In this document: positions 41,060-50,573 of the stretch, piece after piece
Layout: every line of letters starts with the position of its first letter
Position numbering within the stretch: the stretch's first letter is position 1
Virus record (IMG/VR): IMGVR_UViG_2061766007_000892
Origin: an uncultured virus (IMG/VR IMGVR_UViG_2061766007_000892)
Lineage: Duplodnaviria; Heunggongvirae; Uroviricota; Caudoviricetes
Reading direction: 5' to 3' (one strand)
Length of the DNA: 64,000 bases
Position numbers and translations under genes: made by a program
The notes under the pieces: generated by a model
What the model was told of the DNA's origin: nothing
The model's input: the letters and a program-made list of their open reading frames with translations, nothing else
The model's database searches: none

Positions 41060-41365
41060 AATTATTACAGAAGTATTTCATATTTGATTTTGCCGCAAAA
41101 GTCCGGTGGCCTGCGGAAGAAAAAAAGTTGCACAAAAAGTTAAGTAGAAATGTTATGGCTGTGTTAATTTGGCCTGTTGAAAACGTTTTCGTAGTGGGTT
41201 TCTTTACATGGAATTAACATTTCTTTTGTGTTGTTTGTGCACTTTTTTCGCATCGCCTCGTAGAGCCGTTTTTAAGCGATATAATCAACCGGCCGGTTGT
41301 TCTAACCGCGAAAAACGCCCTCACAGAGGAAAGCTGCACAGAGTTGTAATACTTCTGTAATAGTT
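41060..41365. other. strand-switch hub with nested inverted repeats
   Basis: TATTACAGAAGTATT (41063) / AATACTTCTGTAATA (41348); inner symmetry about 41185. Confidence 0.7.
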
Positions 41366-41492
41366 AGTTAGTCAAAACTAACTGGCCCGGCCAGCAAGTT
41401 TACATATAATTAACACTAAAAGGTATTGACAACCGGATATTTTCATGGTATAATGTAATCACAAAAGAGAGAGAAACAAGGAGGAAACAACA

Positions 41493-41753
41493 ATGATGCA
41501 CTTTGATGTTATGGTTTTCTGCTGTGATGATGACCCTGTGGTGGTTGATTCCTTTGATGCGGTTGATTTCGCTGATGCTTATCGCATCGCGGCGGATGTG
41601 CTGGATTATGATATGGGTTTGGCGCATGAGACCTTTGGCGAGGAAGGCTATTACATCCGCTTTGATGGCGGCGAGATTTGGCAGAATGACGACATGTATG
41701 CTGGTGTTGGCGATGTGCCGCGGTTCAATGTCTATATGGATGACGAGGATTGA
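41493..41753 (+). CDS. very acidic small protein
   Basis: D/E-rich; own TTGACA-17-TATAAT promoter; AGGAGG RBS. Confidence 0.8.
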   Translation: MMHFDVMVFCCDDDPVVVDSFDAVDFADAYRIAADVLDYDMGLAHETFGEEGYYIRFDGGEIWQNDDMYAGVGDVPRFNVYMDDED

Positions 41754-41844
41754 GTTCACTCAATCCTTTTTTTTGGTATAAAGTTAGTCATGACTAACTA
41801 TCTGGCCGGCCAGTTAGTTTACATAAAGTTTACATAAAAAGATA

Positions 41845-41873
41845 TTGACAAATCTGATTTGATGTGTTATAAT
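41845..41873 (+). promoter_or_regulatory. consensus sigmaA promoter with upstream TTTACA-N5-TTTACA box (example of the array promoters)
   Basis: TTGACA-17-TATAAT; boxes at 41818 and 41829. Confidence 0.85.
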
Positions 41874-41879
41874 GTATTC

Positions 41880-41934
41880 AAGAAGAGAGGAAAGGACGGG
41901 CTGAGCAAGGAACGCGGACATAAAAGCCGCGGAG
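41880..41934 (+). ncRNA. candidate short GGA-rich RNA
   Basis: No start codon before the next promoter; five GGA motifs; CGCGG/CCGCG stem. Confidence 0.4.
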
Positions 41935-42009
41935 TTAACGAACTCTTAACTTGACAGTTCGCTGAATCTCTGGTATAATAAAGACATCAAAGAGAGAGGG
42001 GTAAACACC

Positions 42010-42231
42010 ATGAAGAACATTCGCGAATACTTCCACGATCTGTATCTGCAGGCGGGCATGGACGAGGACAAGTTTGATGAGGTCATTGAACTGGAAAATG
42101 AAGTGTATGAAATGAACGATGAGGACTTTGAGACCTACTGTCACGACAATGGCATTGACCTGACCGCGAGGGATGAGCGCACTGGTGAACTGGTGGTCAC
42201 TCTGTGGGGCTGGGACATGTGCGGCGAATAA
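42010..42231 (+). CDS. acidic small protein
   Basis: Own promoter and terminator. Confidence 0.8.
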   Translation: MKNIREYFHDLYLQAGMDEDKFDEVIELENEVYEMNDEDFETYCHDNGIDLTARDERTGELVVTLWGWDMCGE

Positions 42232-42379
42232 GCCGCATTTTTTTTAGATTAAGTTAGTTTTGACTAACCATCTGGCCGGCCAGCGGTTTAACATAGACTT
42301 TACATAAAAAAGTATTGACATTCGTCTGGGTGCATGGTATAATATATACAGAAATTGAGAGAGGAAAGAGGTAATTACA

Positions 42380-42688
42380 ATGACGTATGAAGCAATGATC
42401 GCAAGAATGGATAATCTGAATTATCGTGGCAAGGCTAACCGTCCGATGAAGCGCGTTAACTACACCGCGGAAATTAAGATCGTTACGACTGAACAGACCA
42501 AGGATATTAAGGTTTTTGGCGCGAATAAACTGACGCTTATGCGGCGGACGGATGTAGCAATTTTGAACTTCGCCAATTATCGTCTTAATCGTTATGCGTA
42601 TGATGAAGAGGACGAAACCGAAGAAATCATTTCTATCACGATAAAGGAAACTGATCGCGATGGCAATATTATCATCATTGAACAATAA
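42380..42688 (+). CDS. hypothetical protein
   Basis: Own promoter; AAGCGC-GAAA-GCGCTT terminator. Confidence 0.8.
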   Translation: MTYEAMIARMDNLNYRGKANRPMKRVNYTAEIKIVTTEQTKDIKVFGANKLTLMRRTDVAILNFANYRLNRYAYDEEDETEEIISITIKETDRDGNIIIIEQ

Positions 42689-42858
42689 GCGCGAAAGCGC
42701 TTATTTTTTTATTGCTATAAAGTTAGTTAGTCATAACTAACTCTTCTGGCCGGCCGGTGACTTAACATAAAGTTTACACAAGAAATTTGAAAAAAGGGGT
42801 TGACATTTGCCCGGGCTGATGATATAATATATACATAAAGAGCAAGGGGGAAACAAAA

Positions 42859-42969
42859 ATGTTCGAGTATATGACTGTTGAAGAGATCGCCGCCACCATG
42901 ACCGATGAAGGCTGGTTTGACCTGATGACCGAGTGCTACATAGACGAGATTGTGGAAGAGGAGATTTAA
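42859..42969 (+). CDS. 36-aa acidic peptide
   Basis: MFEYMTVEEIAATMTDEGWFDL...EEEI*; own promoter. Confidence 0.65.
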   Translation: MFEYMTVEEIAATMTDEGWFDLMTECYIDEIVEEEI

Positions 42970-43052
42970 TCTCCTCTTAACACAAAAAGGTATTGACAAT
43001 CATTCCGGTCTGTGTTATAATAGTATCATCAAAGAGAGGGAGGAAACAAACA

Positions 43053-43214
43053 ATGACTATCAACGAGATGAAGAACAACGTGATTCGCACCTTCGGCTTC
43101 GAGCATCCCGCTACTATCTACTTCTTCGAGGAGTGCGAGCGCACTAACGATCTTGACATCATCGAGGTTGCCTACTGGTTCGCGATGGGCTGGAAGGACG
43201 AGGACGAGGAATAA
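43053..43214 (+). CDS. acidic small protein
   Basis: VIRTFGFEHPATIYFF; own promoter and terminator. Confidence 0.75.
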   Translation: MTINEMKNNVIRTFGFEHPATIYFFEECERTNDLDIIEVAYWFAMGWKDEDEE

Positions 43215-43384
43215 TCCTCGTCCTTTTCTATTGCCAATGAGTTAGTTAGTCTAAACTAACTCAACGGGCCGGCCAGTCCGTTAACTTAAACTTTACAGAA
43301 GAAATTTTCAAAAACCTATTGACATTTGCTTTTCTATGGTGTATAATATAGTCACAAGGTTGAGAGAGAAAGGAAGTAAAAACA

Positions 43385-43855
43385 ATGAAGAAGTTCTACA
43401 ACAAGCACCTGACCGTCACCGAGACCCGTGCCCTGATTAACGAAGGTTACAAGTATAGCGTTGATTGCGATTATACCACCACCAACACCACCGACCCGTG
43501 GAGCGGGATGCCCAACATTGACAACAACGTGGCGGTGTTCATGGACAAAGCCGAAGCCGAAGCCTATGCGGCTGAGCAAGTGTGGCCCTTCAATCCTGAT
43601 GTCCATGGCAAGGTCGAAGAACTGGTTTGGGGCGAGACCTACGCGGAAATGGACGCACGGCTGGCTCGCGAAAAGGCTGAGCGCAAAGCCAAGAAGGACG
43701 CCAAGGAAGCTGAAAAGGCCGCGGCGGCTGGTATGACAGTTGCGGAATACAGGGCTGCGAAAGCCAAAGCCGCCAAGCGGGCACGACTGGAAAAGGAAGT
43801 CGCCCGACTGGAAAATGAACTCGCCGCTGCGCGTGCGGAACTCGCCAAGATGTAA
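43385..43855 (+). CDS. protein with K/A-rich coiled-coil C-terminus
   Basis: Own promoter and terminator. Confidence 0.8.
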   Translation: MKKFYNKHLTVTETRALINEGYKYSVDCDYTTTNTTDPWSGMPNIDNNVAVFMDKAEAEAYAAEQVWPFNPDVHGKVEELVWGETYAEMDARLAREKAERKAKKDAKEAEKAAAAGMTVAEYRAAKAKAAKRARLEKEVARLENELAAARAELAKM

Positions 43856-44023
43856 GAAGGGCGCAAGCCCTTCTTATTTTTATATGTATAGTTAGTTAGT
43901 ATAAACTAACCATTCTGGCCGGCCCGCAACTTAACATACACTTTACAGAAAAAAAGATTGACAAGTGTCCGGTTATGTGCTATAATAGTATCAACGAAAG
44001 GGAAAGAAAAGGAGAGAAAAACA

Positions 44024-44206
44024 ATGAAGAAGATGGAGAAGCGTTTTGTCACTCGCCAATTTTATTGGGGCAATAATAGAGATTGGAACGTTTGGGATAA
44101 GTTGGAAAGCAAATGGATGTTTAGACTTGGGTGCTGTGGACGTGAGCGTGCTTTAAAGTTCGCTGATGAAATGAATAACGAATATTATAAAGAGATTTTT
44201 AAGTAA
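44024..44206 (+). CDS. hypothetical protein
   Basis: Own promoter, AAGGAG RBS, terminator. Confidence 0.75.
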   Translation: MKKMEKRFVTRQFYWGNNRDWNVWDKLESKWMFRLGCCGRERALKFADEMNNEYYKEIFK

Positions 44207-44371
44207 GAGCGATAGCTCTTACTTTTTTAATAAGTGGTTAGTTAGTCATAACTAACTCAGGCCAGCATAGTTAGTTTACATTAACTAATATTTCTGGCCG
44301 GCCTATAACTTTACATATACTTTACACAAAGAGGGGTTGACAAACCCCTTCTTTTTTGCTATAATATAGTT

Positions 44372-44451
44372 GCACCGGAACGGAGGGACAGGGGAGAGTG
44401 AAGGCATAGGTTAGTTATAACTAACTTATGCGGATGCCCGAATCTGCCTTT
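44372..44451 (+). ncRNA. candidate short ORF-less transcript containing a GTTAG-N6-CTAAC hairpin
   Basis: Promoter 44337-44365; GCATAGGTTAGT-TATA-ACTAACTTATGC. Confidence 0.4.
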
Positions 44452-44543
44452 GTTAAGCGTTTGTTAATTCGCAAAAAACCTGTTGACTTTGCTATTCCGG
44501 TGTGCTATAATATAGTCAAGAAATGAGAGAGAGGTGCTACACC

Positions 44544-44978
44544 ATGAAGAACCTGCTGAACGCCTACAAAGCCACCACCGCCGCGGCTGCCTACATCATC
44601 GGCTTNNNNNNNNNNNNNNNNTCCATCTACCTGAACGACCTGCCCGAGTGGCTGATCGGCATGGACAGGGAAAGCACTTCCCACGGCGGCGTCCGCAAGC
44701 TGCGCATCCGGATGAACACCATCGCCCGCCACCGCCTGATGAACATGGGCGCCGCCTACATCGGCACGGCGACCGACATCCTTGCAAGCCGCAAGAACAA
44801 AGGCGAGGCCTTTGAGCAGTGGGTTACCGAGAACGCCGGTCAGGAATGGCACAAGGACAGCGTGCCCTACTACATGGACGGCGACCTGACCATCAACGGC
44901 ACAAAGTACCAAATCAAATTTGAATCCGCAAGCCTTGCGAATGAAACCACAATAGCCAAAGCACTGGCGAGGGCATAA
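44544..44978 (+). CDS. possible PD-(D/E)xK-fold protein related to 39975-40442
   Basis: NKGEAFE...HKD...GD...QIKFESASL. Confidence 0.65.
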   Translation: MKNLLNAYKATTAAAAYIIGXXXXXXSIYLNDLPEWLIGMDRESTSHGGVRKLRIRMNTIARHRLMNMGAAYIGTATDILASRKNKGEAFEQWVTENAGQEWHKDSVPYYMDGDLTINGTKYQIKFESASLANETTIAKALARA

Positions 44979-44987
44979 AGCCCTCGC

Positions 44988-45378
44988 CTTTAACGTATGA
45001 AAGTCCTGCGGATAGGTAGACTTTTATACTTTACTATACAAAAGTCCTGTGGACGAGTAGATTTTATCACTTTATCATACTAAAGTGGGTGCGACTGTCT
45101 ACTTTAACACTTTACCATGATAAAGTAATGCCCCGGCCCGTTCTTGACACTTTCACGCTTTACTATACGAAAGTGGGGCCGACCATCTGAATCCTACCAA
45201 ATAGGTGGGCCGGGTGGGTGTCTCGCGCCGGCGGCAAAAATTCAAACACCACCACCCTACTAGGTTTTTTGCGCCCGAAATAATCCTACCCCAGTGGTAG
45301 GATTTCGCGCTTTAATATAAATTGCCACTTTACCACGGTAAAGTGGCGTCGCGTTACTACTTTAGCAGACTAAAGTGA
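44988..45378. repeat. cluster of ACTTTA-N6-TAAAGT palindromes and CCTACC motifs
   Basis: Clear copies at about 45069, 45109, 45326 and 45358; degenerate copies at about 44989, 45028 and 45157. Confidence 0.85.
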
Positions 45379-45562
45379 GTCGCCCGGCCAGACCGGGGGC
45401 TATGTTTGAGGAAAATGTTAAGTTTATGTTAATTTTATGTTAAGGGCTGCCCAAATTCCACACCTGGCCTGAAAATCCACCCTACCTAAATACTTGACAA
45501 ATCCCCCAAAATATGTTATCATCTAAAATGAAGGAAGTTGTATCCTACGGAGATGCAATATA

Positions 45563-46876
45563 ATGAAAAAAAAGTATTCACTCGACTATTCCATAGAACG
45601 TGACATAGACCGTCTTCACGCGGTAGAAGAAATCCTTGACGCGCTCGAAACCAACCCCACCAATTCTGAACTTGAACAAATGGCCTCTTACATCCTCTAC
45701 GGCAAAGATGAAGAAGGCAAAAACGCAGTCCAACGCGGCGAAACCACCGACTCCGATAAACGCTACAAATCGTTTCAACGCGCCGCGGACAAAGTTCATT
45801 CTCTTGACGAAATTTTAGATAATCCCCTAGGTGACCAACAATCACTCCAAACTCTAGAATCTCGCTACATTTATACAAAGAAAAAACCAACTATTCGCCG
45901 CCCCAAATACGACAAAACCACCGGCGAACTAATTGACCCAGGCGACAGCGATGTACCAGGCATGACTCAACTTTGGGAAACTATTGACCGCCTAGACCAC
46001 ATCAAAGCCGTCAACGAGGGCACAATCCCACCAGACGAAGATACCCAAATCTTCACCGACTCCTATCGCTTTTATCAATTTAAGCACGCCCTCATAGACA
46101 TCAAACGCCATCAATACTATCTCAAAGATAGCTACAAACCTACACTCCACTTTCTCGCCATCACGCCGCCCAAAGCCCAAACCTATAACTGGGACACCAA
46201 CTCTGCTTACTGGATGCCGTTAACCCAATGGCAATCACGAGTTAATAACGCCCTCCTCCATACCATTTCGCGCAACCTAGAAGATTACGAAACTCGCCTA
46301 AACCCCACAACCGGAGAAAAAGAAGTGAAATGGGTGGTGCGCCNNNNNNNNNNNNNNNNNNNNNNCTGCCCACATCAGGGCCCTCATCAACCATTACAGC
46401 GCCATCTACATGGAATTGGGCGAGAAACTTGATAGTTGGGGCCGCACCCTAATTTATGATTTTGACCGCTATTTTGATATGGTAGGATTTTCACCTGTGC
46501 GCGAATACATTCTTACACGCAAAATAGACAAAGCACCCTACCCTTCCATCGTGGCTGAATTACAAGAAAAATTTGGTCTAAAATACAACGAAAACCATCT
46601 CTGCACCATCCTCTCCAAGGAAATCCCCGAGAAGATGGCAGCCGNNNNNNNNNNNNNNNNNNNNNNNNNNNNNNNNNNNNNNNNNNNNNNNNNAAGCAAT
46701 GCTTCACTTGTAAACAATGGTTGCCGCGCAACAACTATTTTTTCGCTACCAATAACAGCCGCAAAGACAAATTCGCCTCCAACTGTAAAGAATGTGAACG
46801 CAAAAAACGCATAGCAAAAGGAGGTCAGTCACAATATGACAGACGCAATAAAGACTCGGCGCTGCCTAAAATGTAA
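45563..46876 (+). CDS. conserved pre-terminase protein with C-terminal Zn finger (one gene split by N-runs)
   Basis: Fragments join across N gaps; ends CFTC...NCKEC...DSALPKM*; TTGACA-17-TATCAT promoter at 45494. Confidence 0.65.
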
Positions 46877-47783
46877 GCAAGAAAAACCATCGTATGAATT
46901 TGCCCACACAGAATCACCTTTCTTCCCCGGGCATCAATCCATGATTTGCACTTCTTGCCTTGAAAAAATGGTGCGGCAAGATAACTTTAATGAAGTTGAT
47001 AAACTTTGCCAGTACCTAGACTTACCATTTGATATGGACAAATGGGCATCGCTTTATAAAATACATGGCGACCGCACGCTTTCCGCTTACTTCAATACTC
47101 TTCTTGACGAAAGATACAACTCCGTATCATGGTCTGATGAAAATGAAAGATGGCGTATTGCGCGCGAAGAACAAACAATAGACGATGAAATCAAAGAATT
47201 GAGTGAAGCCAAAATGCGCAAACTCAAAAAAACTTGGTCTCCCGCCTACACACCCGATGAATTACTCTTTCTTGAAGAATACTACAACCAGATAATTGCT
47301 ACACAGAACGTTTCCACCCCTATCCTTCAACACTACGCTCGTGACCTTTGCGAAATTGAATTGCGCATCAAAAAAGGACTCCGTAATGGTGATGACATAA
47401 AGAAGGACATGGACGCCCGCGATAACATAATTAAAATAGCAAAATTTGAAGCTTCCAATGCCAAGAATGCCGCAGACTTTGAATCGGTAGGTGAACTCAT
47501 GGTGTACTACGGCAAAAAGGGATGGCACCCCAAATGGCACACAGAACCAAAAGATGACGTTGATTTCTGTATGCAAAATATTCAAAACTACTTGCGCCGT
47601 CTAGTAGTAAATGAAGGCAATTTCGCAGAACAAGTTGAAGATAAACGCGAACGTTTCAATCTTACAGAACGACTAGAGAATATTGAAAATGAAGAAGTAG
47701 AATTTGATGAAACCGCAAATATCCAATATGAAGATGAAGATGCTCTTCTTGGTGATTTAAATGGCGGAAACGTTTATCCGTGA
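46836..47783 (+). CDS. Zn-finger protein, putative terminase small subunit
   Basis: CLKC...CTSC; position directly before the large terminase. Confidence 0.55.
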   Translation: MTDAIKTRRCLKCKQEKPSYEFAHTESPFFPGHQSMICTSCLEKMVRQDNFNEVDKLCQYLDLPFDMDKWASLYKIHGDRTLSAYFNTLLDERYNSVSWSDENERWRIAREEQTIDDEIKELSEAKMRKLKKTWSPAYTPDELLFLEEYYNQIIATQNVSTPILQHYARDLCEIELRIKKGLRNGDDIKKDMDARDNIIKIAKFEASNAKNAADFESVGELMVYYGKKGWHPKWHTEPKDDVDFCMQNIQNYLRRLVVNEGNFAEQVEDKRERFNLTERLENIENEEVEFDETANIQYEDEDALLGDLNGGNVYP

Positions 47784-48428
47784 CGGCATTGCGCTGGAAA
47801 AAGGCGTAGTTCTCACTAAACAATTTCTTGATGATAATCAAACACTTTTTACTTCTTATTTGAATTATTGGCTGNNNNNNNNNNNNNNNNNNNNNNNNNN
47901 NNNNNNNNNNNNNNNNNNNNNNNNNNNNNNNNNNNNNNNNNNNAACGTATTGCCCTTCGGGCTTCAATGCGATACCGTTATCACTATTGGACTGCTACAC
48001 GTGCTACTTCCAAGTCCTTTACAGCTTATTTAAGTTCTGTTGTGCGCGCAGTTCTACTACCTGGCTCCAACATCTTCATTTCTTCTGATGTAAAAGGCAC
48101 GGTTATTAAAATTGCCGAAGCCAAGTTCAATGAAATTTGGCGCCATTGGCCTATGCTTCAAAAGGAATTACAAACACGCGAAAGCGGCGGTCAACAAGGT
48201 GAAAAGAAGAGCGGTAACTACTATGAGCTACGTTTCCGCAATGGCAGTATGATTACTGTCGTCTCAAAAGATACAAGCCGTGGTTTGCGCGCGACCGCCG
48301 NNNNNNNNNNNNNNNNNNNNNNNNNNNNNNNNNNNNNNNGAAGTATTATTACCGCAAATGAATGTCGCAAGACGAGAGGTAGATGGTTCTTTAAACCCAG
48401 AAGAACCAACTGCCGCGCAGATTTTCAT
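47761..48428 (+). CDS. terminase large subunit, exon 1
   Basis: ATRATSKSF Walker-A-like motif, NGS.I...SRGLRA; ends ...AAQIF-I. Confidence 0.85.
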
Positions 48429-49471
<1,043 letters not shown>

Positions 49472-50573
49472 AACAACTGCTCGCGAAAAAACTGTATTTA
49501 TGTATAGCAAACTTATTGAGTGCGCGGTAAATGCTGTTTTGCGGCCAAATGAATATTTTGTTTGGGGTCTTTCATACGAAGTGCCTTTACATTATGGCTT
49601 AATTGATAAAGCCACACTAATGGACCAGCGCTACTCCAACACCATGAATGAAGACTCATTTGCGCGTGAATCTTTATCAATTTGGACTGGTAATAGTAAA
49701 GAGGCGTGGCTTGATTCTAAACGATTAAGCAAGCGCAGAACTTTATTAAAATGTGAGCGTAAAGCACAAGAAAATCCTACAAATCCAAACACATTTTATA
49801 TGATTGGGGTAGATGTAGCAAGATATTCTGCCAACACTGCGATTATGGTGGCGAAAATATTACCAAATTCGCACGGTTTTAAAAAGAATATCGTCTATAC
49901 AGAAGTTATTCATGGTGCCAACTATATTACTGAACAGGCACCGCGTTTGAAGAAACTAATACAATTATATAATCCACGAGAGATAGTCATTGACGGTAAT
50001 GGCCCAGGTATCGGATTACTTGATGCTATGGTTCTTCCATCATTTAATAAAGATACTGGAGAAAAATTTCCAGCCTACTTTACTTTTAATGATGAAAATC
50101 ATTTACCGCCCGATAAGAAAAAAGAAATGGATGAGCCTATGCCAGAATTAAATGCCATAATATATGATATTAAAGCTGGCTCATCAAATGATGACCTTAT
50201 CCATTCTAATTTTTTCGCGCAAATAAATAATGGTTCTGTATCTTTTCTTGCCAGTGAAAGAATTGTAAAGGATAAGTTATTAAAAACGATTCGCGGCAAA
50301 AAGATGTCATTATATGACCGCAGAGTTTATTTGCTACCTTATGAAATGACTTCTCGTCTTATGGATGAATTGAATAATTTGAAGTTAAAGCCTACTGGCG
50401 TTCAAAACCAATTTAAGGTAGAACGCATTTCAGCTTCCACCCCAAAAGACCGTTTTTCTGCTCTTGAATATTGCCTTTACAGGGTTAAATATTATGAAGA
50501 TAAAGAGGCACGAAAAGCAAAGAAAAGAAATTTTGGGCAATATGCCTTTTTCAGTCCTAGACATAGGGGGTGA
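49472..50573 (+). CDS. terminase large subunit, exon 2 (nuclease domain)
   Basis: IGVDVAR, IDGNGPG, KDRFSA. Confidence 0.85.

Larger units (their letters stand above)
26395..45445. repeat. dispersed composite repeat: (C)GGGCCGG(C/G)C core plus flanking 5-N6-5 boxes, about 40 copies
   Basis: Cores at about 26740, 27403, 27957, 28773, 29166, 29979, 30889, 31564, 32327, 33121, 33472, 34289, 35005, 35760, 36229, 36474, 37156, 37718, 38044, 38297, 38861, 39465, 39728, 40604, 40755, 41032, 41384, 41804, 42274, 42748, 43265, 43917, 44296, 45131, 45382 and others; all intergenic. Confidence 0.95.

Noticed and set aside
26395..45445. CRISPR array or classical integron
   Set aside because: The repeats are degenerate and separated by whole genes with their own promoters. 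No cas or intI gene and no attC-type bulged hairpin was seen.
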